This document shows, piece after piece, positions 20,467-29,532 of a stretch of 61,192 nt of DNA. The notes beneath the pieces are model-generated. The model worked only from the letters and a program-made list of their open reading frames with translations. It was not told where the DNA came from and ran no database searches. The stretch's first letter is position 1. Every line of letters begins with the position of its first letter. Position numbers and translations under genes: made by a program. The stretch comes from a bacterium (GTDB taxonomy: Bacteria > Actinomycetota > Acidimicrobiia > Spongiisociales > JAENVV01): the NCBI GenBank assembly GCA_024639975.1, contig JAHEFX010000003.1:1-61192 (forward strand). Reading direction: 5' to 3'.

Positions 20467-20504
20467 GGGTCCCACCCCCCCTGATGGGGGGATCTCTCGA
20501 GAGG
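20467..20504 (-). repeat. C-run/G-run hairpin repeat, copy 1 (nuoI-nuoJ spacer)
   Basis: The minus strand reads CCTCTCGAGAGAT-CCCCCC-ATCA-GGGGGGG-TGGGACCC. This matches the family consensus GAGAGAT-C5-6-loop-G5-7-(A)TGGG-NCCC seen at five other sites. Confidence 0.7.
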
Positions 20505-20510
20505 TGGCCC

Positions 20511-21035
20511 ATGTCTGAGCTCGTCATCTTCGTCGTCGCCGGCGCGGGCGCCCTTGCCGGGGCCCTGACGCTCATCCTCGCCAAGCACCCCGTGTACTCG
20601 GCGCTGGGCATGCTCGGGACGCTGTTCTCGCTCGCCGTGCTCTATGTGAGCCAGCTCGCCCACTTCGTGGCGGCCGTCCAGGTGGTCGTCTACGCCGGGG
20701 CGATCATGACCCTCTTCCTGTTCGTGATCATGCTCATCGGCGTCGACCAGGTGGAGGACACCTCGGAGACGATCCGCGGCCAGCGGGTCGGCGCCATCGG
20801 TGTCGTCGCCGCCTTCGCGATCCTCTCCGGCTACCTCTGGCTCTCGGGCATCTTCAGCTGGGAGGTCGTCGGGACCGGGACCGAACCGGTCAATGGTTCG
20901 ATCGAGGCCACCGGCCAGCTGCTGTTCGCCGAGTGGGTGCTTCCTTTCGAGGTGACCTCACTGCTGCTCATCGTCGCCAGCGTCGGCGCGGTCGGACTCG
21001 CCCTCTTCAAGCCCAGGAAGGCGGAGGACGAATGA
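20511..21035 (+). CDS. nuoJ: NADH-quinone oxidoreductase subunit J
   Basis: I take the start at ATG 20511 (MSELVIFVVAGAGALAGALTLILAKHPVYSALGML), preceded by GAGAGG. ND6-like hydrophobic profile. An alternative start at 20484 lies inside the repeat. Confidence 0.85.
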   Translation: MSELVIFVVAGAGALAGALTLILAKHPVYSALGMLGTLFSLAVLYVSQLAHFVAAVQVVVYAGAIMTLFLFVIMLIGVDQVEDTSETIRGQRVGAIGVVAAFAILSGYLWLSGIFSWEVVGTGTEPVNGSIEATGQLLFAEWVLPFEVTSLLLIVASVGAVGLALFKPRKAEDE

Positions 21036-21337
21036 CCGTCGGACCCGCCTGGTACATGCTCCTGGCCGCCGGCCTCTTCGTGATCGGCATCGCCGGGGTG
21101 CTCACCCGCCGCAATGCCCTGATCATGTTCATGTCGATCGAGCTGATGCTCAACGCCGTGAACCTGACCTTCATCGCAGCCGGTACCGCGCTGGGTGACC
21201 TCTCCGGCCAGGTGGCCGTCTTCTTCGTCCTCGTGGTCGCGGCGGCAGAGGTCGTGGTCGGCCTCGCCATCGTCGTGGCCGTCTACCGACGTCGGGGGAC
21301 GGCCAACGTCGACGAGCTATCGGAGATGTCCGGCTGA
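21032..21337 (+). CDS. nuoK: NADH-quinone oxidoreductase subunit K
   Basis: ATGA overlap with nuoJ. About 101 aa with LIMFMSIELMLNAVNLTFIA, matching the ND4L family. Confidence 0.9.
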   Translation: MTVGPAWYMLLAAGLFVIGIAGVLTRRNALIMFMSIELMLNAVNLTFIAAGTALGDLSGQVAVFFVLVVAAAEVVVGLAIVVAVYRRRGTANVDELSEMSG

Positions 21338-23235
21338 TGGACCAGCTCGTCACCTTCGCCGAGCAGTGGATCTGGCTCGTCATCGCCCTCCCGCTCGCCG
21401 GGTTCGTCTTCAACCACTTCCTCGGTAGTCGACTCCCCGAACCCCTGGCCGGTGTCATCGCGACGCTCGCGTCGGGTTCGGCCTTCGTCGTTGCGTTGGT
21501 GGCAGCGCTGCCGTGGATCGACGGGGGTCGCCACGGCGTGACCGTGGAGCTGTGGGACTGGATGCCGTCGATCGGGGCCGAGTTCGAGATCCTCTGGGAC
21601 CCGCTCTCGATCGCCATGACGCTCCTCGTCACCGGGGTCGGGACCCTCATCCACCTCTACTCCGTGGGATACATGCACGGCGACGGTCGGTTCTCCCGCT
21701 ACTTCACCTACCTGAACCTGTTCGCCACCTCGATGCTGATCCTCGTGCTGGCCAACAACTTCGCCATGGTCTTCCTCGGCTGGGAAGCCGTGGGCATGTG
21801 CTCGTACCTGTTGATCTCCTTCTGGTACACCAAGCCGGTGGCTGCCGAGGCCGGCAAGAAGGCGTTCGTCGTCAACCGGATCGGTGACTTCGGTTTCATC
21901 CTCGGCCTCGTTGCCGTCTTCGCGTTCTTCGGCACGATGTCGTTCGACGAGGTGCTCGTCGAGCCGGGTGCCGTCCTCGACCAGAACTGGGCGACGGCAA
22001 TCGGCATCGCCTTCCTGGTCGCTGCCATCGGCAAGTCCGCCCAGATCCCCCTCTACGTCTGGCTTCCCGACGCCATGGCCGGTCCGACGCCCGCCTCGGC
22101 CCTCATCCACGCCGCGACGATGGTCACGGCCGGCGTCTACCTGATCGCCCGCAGCGCTGCCATCTTCGACCTCTCCGAGACCGCCCTCATGGCAGTCGCC
22201 ACCGTCGGCGCCCTCACGGCGCTCTGGGCGGCGATCATCGCCATGGGCCAGAACGACATCAAGGGCGTGCTCGCCTACTCGACGATCTCCCAGCTCGGCT
22301 ACATGGTCGTCGGAGTGGGCTCGGCCGCCTTCACCGCCGGCATCTTCCACCTCATCACCCACGGCGTGTTCAAGGCACTGCTCTTCCTCGGCGCCGGCTC
22401 GGTCATCCATTCGATGGGCGACGAGCAGGACATGCGCAAGATGGGTGGCCTCCTCAAGAAGATGCCCGTCACCGGCTGGACGATGGCCGTGGCGACGCTC
22501 GCCATCGCCGGGATCCCGCCCCTGGCGGGCTTCTGGTCGAAGGACGAGATCCTGTCCGCAGCGTTCAACCGCGGCGGCTACTACCAGTTCATCTGGGCGC
22601 TCGGCATCATCACGGCGGTCCTGACTGCCTTCTACATGACCCGCTGGTTCGTGCTCGTCTTCCTCGGTGAGCCCCGCTGGGACTCCGACGCCCATCCGCA
22701 TGAGTCGCCCGGCGTCATGACGCTCCCGCTCGTCCTGCTCGCCGTCGGTGCCGCCGTCATCGGCGTCATCAACACGCCGTGGCGCCTCGGATTCGAGCAC
22801 TTCCTGGAGCCGTCCTTCGAGTCGATCCACCTCCAGCACGCAGCGGAGGGCACGATCGCCTGGGTCATCGCCGGTATCGCCACCATCGGTGCGATTGCCG
22901 GGGTCGCCTTCGGCTACCTCACCTATCGGAACCGGGAGCGCAAGGAGCGCTTCGAGCGTGGTGCCTCCCGGCTGCTCTCGGGGGCCGAGAGGGGGTTCGG
23001 TGTCGACGGCTTCTACGGCAAGCGGGTCGTGGCACCGCTGGCCGCCACGGCGGAGGCTTCCGCCCGCTTCGACTCGAAGGTCGTGGACGGCGCCGTCAAC
23101 GGTCTGGCAGCGCTGGTCGCCAAGGCCGGAACGGCACTCCAGCCGCTGCAATCGGGCTTCGTCCGTTCCTACGGGGTCGGCCTCGTGGCCGGCACGCTCG
23201 TCCTCGTCGTCTGGTTCGTCATGAGGGGCGTCTGA
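21337..23235 (+). CDS. nuoL: NADH-quinone oxidoreductase subunit L
   Basis: 632 aa. Antiporter-like subunit with WEAVGMCSYLLISFWY and GKSAQIPLYVWLPDAMAGPTPASALIHAATMVTAGVY. Confidence 0.95.
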   Translation: MDQLVTFAEQWIWLVIALPLAGFVFNHFLGSRLPEPLAGVIATLASGSAFVVALVAALPWIDGGRHGVTVELWDWMPSIGAEFEILWDPLSIAMTLLVTGVGTLIHLYSVGYMHGDGRFSRYFTYLNLFATSMLILVLANNFAMVFLGWEAVGMCSYLLISFWYTKPVAAEAGKKAFVVNRIGDFGFILGLVAVFAFFGTMSFDEVLVEPGAVLDQNWATAIGIAFLVAAIGKSAQIPLYVWLPDAMAGPTPASALIHAATMVTAGVYLIARSAAIFDLSETALMAVATVGALTALWAAIIAMGQNDIKGVLAYSTISQLGYMVVGVGSAAFTAGIFHLITHGVFKALLFLGAGSVIHSMGDEQDMRKMGGLLKKMPVTGWTMAVATLAIAGIPPLAGFWSKDEILSAAFNRGGYYQFIWALGIITAVLTAFYMTRWFVLVFLGEPRWDSDAHPHESPGVMTLPLVLLAVGAAVIGVINTPWRLGFEHFLEPSFESIHLQHAAEGTIAWVIAGIATIGAIAGVAFGYLTYRNRERKERFERGASRLLSGAERGFGVDGFYGKRVVAPLAATAEASARFDSKVVDGAVNGLAALVAKAGTALQPLQSGFVRSYGVGLVAGTLVLVVWFVMRGV

Positions 23236-24776
23236 TGGAGATCTCGGTCATCTCGCTCCTCATCGGCGTGGCCATCGCCGCAGCCATCATCGTGTCCCTG
23301 CTGCCCGCCAGGCGCCCCGAGCTGCCGATCCCGGTCGGGCTCCTCCTGTCGCTGATCCCGGTGGCCATCGCCGGCTGGATGTTCTGGGAGTTCGAGTCGA
23401 GTGCGGGCATCCAGTTCGCCGAGTTCCTGACGATCTACGAGCCGTGGGGGATAGCGTGGAACGTCGGCGTCGACGGCTTGTCGATGCCGATGGTCCTCAT
23501 CACCACGATCCTCGTGCCGGTCTCGATCGGGGCTTCGTCGTCGATCAGCGATCGACCCAGGCTCTTCGTGACGATGATCCTGCTCCTCGAGGCAGCCACC
23601 CTCGGCGTCTTCGTCGCCCTCGACCTGATCGTCTTCTACGTCTTCTTCGAGTTCGTCCTCGTGCCGATGACCTTCTTGATCGGGATCTGGGGCTCGGAGA
23701 ACCGCATCTACGCGGCCGTGAAGTTCTTCCTCTACACGGCGTTCGGCTCGCTGCTGATGCTGGGCGGCATCATCGCCCTGGTGCTCACGGCCTCGGCCGG
23801 CGGTGTGCCGTCGTTCGCCTGGCAGGACCTGGTCGGGCTCGGGCTCCCCGAGTCGACCCAGCTCTGGCTGTTCGCCGCGTTCGGCATCGCCTTCGCCATC
23901 AAGGTGCCGCTGGTCCCGGTCCACACGTGGCTCCCCGACGCCCACGTCCAGGCGCCGACCGCCGGCTCGGTGCTGCTGGCCGGCGTCCTGCTCAAGATGG
24001 GCACGTACGGTCTGCTGCGGTTCAACGTGATCCTCTTCCCCGAGGCGGCCGTGCAGGCCGTCCCGGTGATGGCCACCCTTGCCGTGATAGGCATCGTCTA
24101 CGGCGCCGCCGTGGCGATCGTGCAGCCCGATCTGAAGAAGCTCGTCGCCTACTCGTCGATCTCCCACCTCGGGTTCATCGTGCTCGGCATCTTCGCCCTC
24201 ACCGGAGCCGGCCTCGAGGGTGCCGTGATCCAGAACGTGAACCATGCGATCACCACCGGCGCGCTCTTCCTCCTCGTCGGCATGCTCTACGAGCGACGTC
24301 ACACGAAGCTGATCGCCGACTACGGCGGCGTCGCCAAGAACGCCCCCATCCTCGCCGGCATGTTCCTCTTCATGAGCCTCGCCTCGATCGGCGTCCCGGG
24401 ACTCAACGGCTTCGTCGGCGAGTTCCTCGTGTTGGTCGGTGCCGGTCGCACCCTCCCCGTCTGGACGGTCATTGCCGCAACCGGCGTGATCCTCGCCGCC
24501 ATCTACCTCCTCTGGGCCTACCAGCGGGTTTTCACGGGCGAGCCCGACAAGGAGGAGAACAAGACGATCAAGGACCTGCACTTCGGCGAGATCGCCCTGT
24601 TCGTGCCGCTCGTGGCGCTGGTGCTCGTACTCGGGCTCTACCCGAACGTGCTGCTGGAGAAGATCACCCCGACCACCGACGCCATCCTCGAGCACCTCGA
24701 GGCGACGACCGACTACGAGGTGCCCGACACGATCGAGCTGACGCCGATCGGCGAAGTGGAGCAGGACCATGGTTGA
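23235..24776 (+). CDS. nuoM: NADH-quinone oxidoreductase subunit M
   Basis: ATG 23235 overlaps the nuoL stop (TGATG). FAIKVPLVPVHTWLPDAHVQAPTAGSVLLAGVLLKMGTYG matches the ND4 family. The track ORF from 22779 is a run-on. Confidence 0.9.
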   Translation: MEISVISLLIGVAIAAAIIVSLLPARRPELPIPVGLLLSLIPVAIAGWMFWEFESSAGIQFAEFLTIYEPWGIAWNVGVDGLSMPMVLITTILVPVSIGASSSISDRPRLFVTMILLLEAATLGVFVALDLIVFYVFFEFVLVPMTFLIGIWGSENRIYAAVKFFLYTAFGSLLMLGGIIALVLTASAGGVPSFAWQDLVGLGLPESTQLWLFAAFGIAFAIKVPLVPVHTWLPDAHVQAPTAGSVLLAGVLLKMGTYGLLRFNVILFPEAAVQAVPVMATLAVIGIVYGAAVAIVQPDLKKLVAYSSISHLGFIVLGIFALTGAGLEGAVIQNVNHAITTGALFLLVGMLYERRHTKLIADYGGVAKNAPILAGMFLFMSLASIGVPGLNGFVGEFLVLVGAGRTLPVWTVIAATGVILAAIYLLWAYQRVFTGEPDKEENKTIKDLHFGEIALFVPLVALVLVLGLYPNVLLEKITPTTDAILEHLEATTDYEVPDTIELTPIGEVEQDHG

Positions 24777-26217
24777 GACGCCTGAGATCAGCCTCGTCGC
24801 GATCCTCCCCGAGCTGGCGCTCACGGTCGGTGCCGTCGTCGTGCTGATGGTCGCCGTCAGCTCCCGCCGGGCAGCCACCTACCTGCCGTGGATCGCCGGC
24901 CTGACCGTGGCCGCGACGGGTGCGGGCCTCATAGCCCAATACAACGATGTCGCCGCCAACGGCTTCTCCGTCTCCTACGCCGGCATGATCGTGCTCGACA
25001 ACCAGGGCATCGTGATCCGGACGGTGATGCTGGCCGCCATCGCCGTCGCCCTGCTGGTCGGTTGGCGATATGTGACGGGTCTGGGCACCCGAGGCGGCGA
25101 AGCGCTCTCGCTCGTCTTCTTGTCGGCCGTCGGTTTCATGCTCATGGCCTCGTCGATCCACTTCATGCTCCTCTTCCTCGGGCTCGAGGTCGGCTCGATC
25201 AGCCTCTACGTCCTCGCCGCCCTCGGTCAGCGGGCGAAGCGTGCCGACGAGGCGGCGATGAAGTACTTCTTGCTCGGATCGGTGGCGTCGGCGATCTTCC
25301 TCTACGGCGTCGCGCTGCTCTACGCCGGGACCGGGTCGCTCACCTACTTGGGCGTCTTCGAGTTCTTCTCGGGCGACACGCTCGTCTTCTCCGATGGCCT
25401 GCTCAGCGCAGGCGTCGCGCTCCTCTTCGTCGGCCTGCTGTTCAAGATCGCCGCAGCACCGTTCCACTCCTGGGCACCGGACGTGTACCAGGGCGCTCCC
25501 GCCGGCATCGTCGGCTACATGGGGGCTGCAGCCAAGATCGGAGCCATCGCCGCGCTCCTGCGATTCGTCCAGGTGCCGTTCCAGTCGGTCATCGAGTCGA
25601 TCCAGGTGCCTTTGGCGGCGGTCGCCGCGTTCTCGGTCGTCCTTGGCACCCTCTACGCCATCGTCCAACAGGACCTCCGACGCGTCCTCGCCTACTCGGG
25701 GGTCTCCCACGCCGGCTTCCTGCTCATGGGCATCGCCACCGGCGGGGTCGCCGAGGTCCAGGTGCTGTTCTACCTCGCCACCTACGTCCTCGTCTTGGTC
25801 GGCGCGTTCGGCATCGTCTCCCTGCTCGAGGGCTCCGGGTCGGCCGGATCGCCGATCGAGAACTGGAAGGGCCTCGGACGACGCTCACCGTTCCTCGCCT
25901 GGTCGCTGACGGTCTTCATGCTCGGCATGGCCGGCATGCCTGCCACCGCCGGGTTCATCGGCAAGTTCGGGATCTTCACCCGGGCCTGGTCCGGCGACCT
26001 CGAGTGGCTCGTCATCGTGGGCCTGCTGGCGTCGGTGGCCGCGTTCTTCTTCTACCTGAGGGTCGTTGTCGCCATGTTCTTCGAGGACGGCGACGGGAAG
26101 ACCCCGAAGCTCGGCTGGCCCGCCGGTATCGGCATCGGCCTGACTCTCGTCATCACGGTCGGGCTCGGCCTCTACCCGACCCCCCTCCTGGACGTCCTGA
26201 CCGCAGCCCTGGGCTGA
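24769..26217 (+). CDS. nuoN: NADH-quinone oxidoreductase subunit N
   Basis: 482 aa, 8-nt overlap with nuoM. FKIAAAPFHSWAPDVYQGAPAGIVGYM matches the ND2 family. Last gene of the cluster. Confidence 0.9.
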   Translation: MVETPEISLVAILPELALTVGAVVVLMVAVSSRRAATYLPWIAGLTVAATGAGLIAQYNDVAANGFSVSYAGMIVLDNQGIVIRTVMLAAIAVALLVGWRYVTGLGTRGGEALSLVFLSAVGFMLMASSIHFMLLFLGLEVGSISLYVLAALGQRAKRADEAAMKYFLLGSVASAIFLYGVALLYAGTGSLTYLGVFEFFSGDTLVFSDGLLSAGVALLFVGLLFKIAAAPFHSWAPDVYQGAPAGIVGYMGAAAKIGAIAALLRFVQVPFQSVIESIQVPLAAVAAFSVVLGTLYAIVQQDLRRVLAYSGVSHAGFLLMGIATGGVAEVQVLFYLATYVLVLVGAFGIVSLLEGSGSAGSPIENWKGLGRRSPFLAWSLTVFMLGMAGMPATAGFIGKFGIFTRAWSGDLEWLVIVGLLASVAAFFFYLRVVVAMFFEDGDGKTPKLGWPAGIGIGLTLVITVGLGLYPTPLLDVLTAALG

Positions 26218-26227
26218 GTCGGCACCC

Positions 26228-26263
26228 AAGAGAGGTCTCCCCGCAGGGGGGATGGGCCCCGCC
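26228..26263 (+). repeat. C-run/G-run hairpin repeat, copy 2
   Basis: AAGAGAGGTCTCCCC-GCA-GGGGGGATGGGCCCCGCC, 11 nt after the nuoN stop and about 70 nt beyond the TauE stop. Confidence 0.7.
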
Positions 26264-26330
26264 GGCGTGGCCGGTGGGAGGGGTGCTTCGCCAGAACGTA
26301 GGGCGTCGGTACGTCAGTACCCCTGCCGCT

Positions 26331-27131
26331 TCAGCCGCCGAATGCCAGTGAGCCCAGCAGGGTGAGGGCGGCCAGGGCCGACACCACCAGGACACCCTCG
26401 CGCAGGACACGTGCCGGGACCCGCCTGGCGACCCAGCTCGAGAGGGCGAAGCCTGCTGCGAGGGGGATGAGGAGGATCGCGGCCGTCGTGAGCTCGGTCG
26501 GCCCCACCCGGCCGGCGAGGGCGAGCGTGGTGACGTTGATGGTGATGCCCAACGTGAACACGGCGCCGAGCGTGGCGCGCAGCTCGGGGCCCGACTGGTT
26601 GCGGTAGAGCATGCCGAGGGGTGGTCCGCCGACGCCCGTGCTGAGTCCCATCGCCCCGGAGGCCACGCCCGTCAGTACCTGACTCGACCGGGTGATGGGG
26701 ATCGACCAACCGAATGCCATGGCCGCCACGCCGAACAGGACGACCAGGCCGACCGTGAGACCGAGGGTGGTCTCCGAGAGGTTCGACAGGAGCCACAGTC
26801 CGAGGGCGGCGCCGGGGACCCGACCGACGAGGACCAACCCGGCCCCCCTCACATCGAGGGCCTTTCGCTCCCGGACCAACTGGGCGGCGGCTATCAGCAC
26901 GGCTATGAGCTGCACGGGGACCGGCACGAAGGTCGGGTCGATGAGGGTGAGGATCGGCACGGACACGATCGCGAGACCCAGACCGATCGTCCCCTGGACG
27001 GTGGCACCGGCGAGGACCGCCAGACAGGCGGCCGTCCACTCGAGGGGTGAGGCGAATTCGAGCACGAGAAGCGACGGTAGGACGACGGATGCCGTCACGG
27101 TGTCGACAAAATTGATATCGGCGCCGTCCAC
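26331..27131 (-). CDS. TauE/SafE (TSUP) family sulfite/anion exporter
   Basis: I take the start at GTG 27131 (VDGADINFVDTVTASVVLPSLL...). About 8 TM segments with the duplicated TSUP pattern ...ATVQGTIGLGLAIVSVPIL... and ...GAMGLSTGVGGPPLGM.... The upstream part of the 333-aa track ORF overlaps the divergent oxidase leader. Confidence 0.75.
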   Translation of the reverse strand: MDGADINFVDTVTASVVLPSLLVLEFASPLEWTAACLAVLAGATVQGTIGLGLAIVSVPILTLIDPTFVPVPVQLIAVLIAAAQLVRERKALDVRGAGLVLVGRVPGAALGLWLLSNLSETTLGLTVGLVVLFGVAAMAFGWSIPITRSSQVLTGVASGAMGLSTGVGGPPLGMLYRNQSGPELRATLGAVFTLGITINVTTLALAGRVGPTELTTAAILLIPLAAGFALSSWVARRVPARVLREGVLVVSALAALTLLGSLAFGG

Positions 27132-27185
27132 GGGGTAGGTTGCCCCTCGTCCACCAGCAGAGGACTCGAGAGGAGAGAGGGAGCT

Positions 27186-27338
27186 ATGTCGGACGAAGCC
27201 GACGCGGCCGCCGAGACGGCCCACGAGCACGACGAGCACCACCCCCGTGGCACTTTCGTCCTGCTGCTCGCCTTCCTGGCCGTGACGGCCGGTTATTGGA
27301 TCTGGGCCTACGTGGCACTCTTGGAGCGCCACGGATGA
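27186..27338 (+). CDS. cbaD: ba3-type cytochrome c oxidase subunit IIa (short single-TM peptide), not in the supplied ORF track
   Basis: ATG 27186 is preceded by GGAGAGAGGGAG. It encodes 50 aa: MSDEADAAAETAHEHDEHHPRGTFVLLLAFLAVTAGYWIWAYVALLERHG. The TGA overlaps the subunit II ATG (ATGA). The P-R-G...W..AY.....ERHG pattern parallels Thermus CbaD (...KPKGALAV...FWLGVYAVFFARG, recalled from memory). Confidence 0.7.
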   Translation: MSDEADAAAETAHEHDEHHPRGTFVLLLAFLAVTAGYWIWAYVALLERHG

Positions 27339-27811
27339 TCAAGACGCTCGACCGCTACGAGAAGATCATCCTGGGGCTGACCGTGCTCGGCCTCATCCTC
27401 GGTGCCGGAGCCATCGCGCTGTCCGTGCTCGAGGCGGGGATCCACCTCCCGACGATCGAGGACCGCATCGACCCTGCCGCCGTGCGCGACACCGCGCCAT
27501 TCGACGAACCGGGCGTGACGATCAACAGCGACGGGACCGCCACCGCGGTGATCATCGCCCAGACCTGGCTGTGGGAGCCCGACACCATCGAGGTGCCGGC
27601 CGGCACCGAGGTCGAGTTCGTCCTCACCTCGCCCGACGTCCTGCACGGATTCCACATCTGGGACACCGCCGTCAATGCGATGGTGATCCCTGGTCAGGTC
27701 ACCCGGGTGACCCAGACCTTCGACAACCCCGGTGAGTTCGGCATCGTGTGCCACGAGTACTGCGGTATCGGCCACCACACGATGTTCGGCCGAGTGCTGG
27801 TGACCCCATGA
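27335..27811 (+). CDS. cbaB: Cytochrome c oxidase subunit II, B-family (CuA domain)
   Basis: I take the start at ATG 27335 (MIKTLDRYEKIILGLTVLG...). One TM helix plus a cupredoxin domain with CuA ligands HGFHI...CHEYCGIGHHTMFG. The stop overlaps the subunit I ATG. Confidence 0.9.
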   Translation: MIKTLDRYEKIILGLTVLGLILGAGAIALSVLEAGIHLPTIEDRIDPAAVRDTAPFDEPGVTINSDGTATAVIIAQTWLWEPDTIEVPAGTEVEFVLTSPDVLHGFHIWDTAVNAMVIPGQVTRVTQTFDNPGEFGIVCHEYCGIGHHTMFGRVLVTP

Positions 27812-29505
27812 TCGACGAAACCCCCCACGAAGACGCGAAGGCGACCCTTTCGGGCTTCGCCGGCGAACTCGACGCCATGCCGGGAGGCCGGGTCCAGCGC
27901 AGGTACGCGCTGTACCAGGCGTACCTGGCGTTCTTCGGCCTCGCCCTCGGCGGAGCGATCGGACTACTGCAGGCCATGGACCGTGCGGGACAGGACCTGT
28001 ACGAGAGCGTCGGCCTCCAGTCGTACTACCAGGGCCTCGCCATCCACGGCGTGACGCTGGCCATCGTGTTCACCTTCACGTTCTCCAACGCCTGGCTGCA
28101 GTACGCCACGATGCGCGGTTTCCAGCGCCCGTTGGCCCACACCTGGATCGTGAAGACCTCGTTCTGGCTGTCGGCCACCGGTATCGCGTTGGCGTCATAT
28201 GCGCTGCTCACGAATCAGGCCACGGTGCTCTACACGATGTACGCGCCGCTGGCCGCCCACTGGACCTACTACCTGGGGGCCGCCCTCCTCGTGGTCGGCA
28301 CCTGGGCCGTGCTCGCCAACCAGTTGCTGACGCTCAGGGCCTGGCGCAAGGACAACCCGGGGGAGCGGATCCCGCTCATCGTGTTCGCCTCGCTCATGAC
28401 CTACCTGATGTGGTTCATCGCGTCACTCGGGATCGCCGTCGAGGTGCTGGTGTTCCTCCTGCCCTGGTCGCTCGGCTTGATCGACGGTGTCGATCCGCTG
28501 CTCACCCGGACGCTCTTCTGGTTCTCCGGTCACCCGATCGTCTACTTCTGGCTCCTGCCGGCGTACACGTCGTGGTACATGGTCGTCCCGAAGCGGGCGA
28601 ACGGACGCCTGTTCTCCGACCCGGTGGTCCGGGTGGTCTTCATCATGTTCCTGCTGCTGTCGACCCCCGTCGGTCTGCACCACCAGTTCACCGACCCCGG
28701 CGTCGACGAGGGCCTGAAGTTCGTACACGGGATGCTGACCTTCGCCGTGTTCTTCCCGTCCGTCATCACGGCCTTCACCCTGATGGCGGCGTTCGAGGAC
28801 GGCGGCAAGCGGGCAGGCGGCAAGGGCCTGTTCGGTTGGATTGCGAAGATGCCCTGGAAGGACCCGATGGCATCGACCCAGATCGTGGCGATGATCACGT
28901 TCCTGTTCGGCGGGATGTCGGGTCTCATCAACGCCTCGTACACGGTCAACCAGGTCGTGCACAACACGTCCTTCATTCCCGGCCACTTCCACATGACCGT
29001 CGGATCCGCGGTGGCGCTGTCGTTCATGGGCATCGCCTATTGGCTGGTGCCGCACCTGACGAACAAGAAGTTGCACTCCGACCTGCTCGGTGTCGTGCAG
29101 GGGTGGACCTACGGCATCGGCGTGCTGATCTTCGGGCGCGGCCTGATGGTGTCAGGCCTGAACGGACAGCCCAGACGGGTGCCCATCAACCAGGCCAGCT
29201 ACGCCAACCCGGAGTGGTTCGAGGGCGACGCCCTCGGTGCCATCGGCGGGTTCTTGATGGTGGCGGCCGGCCTCATGTTCTTCTACAACCTCATCCGGAC
29301 GATGGCCTCGAAGACGCCCGCCCGGGAGCACGAGCTCGCGTTCGAGGTCTCCGACGTCATGGTCCCCGCCGAGGACGGACCAGCCATCCTCGACCGGGTC
29401 GGCTTCTGGTTCGTCGCGGCGTTCGCCCTCGTGCTCCTCGCCTACATCCCGGCGTTCATCACCCAGGGCTTCGACCCCGCCAGTCCCATGTGGCAACCCT
29501 GGTAG
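27808..29505 (+). CDS. cbaA: Cytochrome c oxidase subunit I, B-family (ba3-type)
   Basis: FWFSGHPIVYFWLLPAYTSWYMVVPKRANGRLFSDPVVRVVFIMFLLLSTPVGLHHQFTDPGVD...NTSFIPGHFHMTVG closely parallels Thermus ba3 CbaA as I recall it. About 565 aa from ATG 27808. Confidence 0.9.
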   Translation: MIDETPHEDAKATLSGFAGELDAMPGGRVQRRYALYQAYLAFFGLALGGAIGLLQAMDRAGQDLYESVGLQSYYQGLAIHGVTLAIVFTFTFSNAWLQYATMRGFQRPLAHTWIVKTSFWLSATGIALASYALLTNQATVLYTMYAPLAAHWTYYLGAALLVVGTWAVLANQLLTLRAWRKDNPGERIPLIVFASLMTYLMWFIASLGIAVEVLVFLLPWSLGLIDGVDPLLTRTLFWFSGHPIVYFWLLPAYTSWYMVVPKRANGRLFSDPVVRVVFIMFLLLSTPVGLHHQFTDPGVDEGLKFVHGMLTFAVFFPSVITAFTLMAAFEDGGKRAGGKGLFGWIAKMPWKDPMASTQIVAMITFLFGGMSGLINASYTVNQVVHNTSFIPGHFHMTVGSAVALSFMGIAYWLVPHLTNKKLHSDLLGVVQGWTYGIGVLIFGRGLMVSGLNGQPRRVPINQASYANPEWFEGDALGAIGGFLMVAAGLMFFYNLIRTMASKTPAREHELAFEVSDVMVPAEDGPAILDRVGFWFVAAFALVLLAYIPAFITQGFDPASPMWQPW

Positions 29506-29532
29506 GCCGCCCGCGGCGGCAGTACTCGAGAC

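Noticed and set aside
26308-26321. GGTAC-N4-GTACC palindrome downstream of tauE, and CGGTAC repeats at about 60826-60843, as further repressor sites related to the GGTACC arms of the 29932-29955 operator.
   Set aside because: They are short (5-6 bp arms), lie at gene 3' ends rather than promoters, and lack the internal TACCC/GGGTA core.
27132-27185. A possible CsoR/CstR operator in the tauE-cbaD divergent spacer (CGGGGTAGGTTGCCCCTCG).
   Set aside because: The arrangement is G-tract then C-tract (GGGG-N7-CCCC). This is the reverse of the C-tract/G-tract operators seen at 29908-29955. At best it is a half site, which is not enough to claim regulation.
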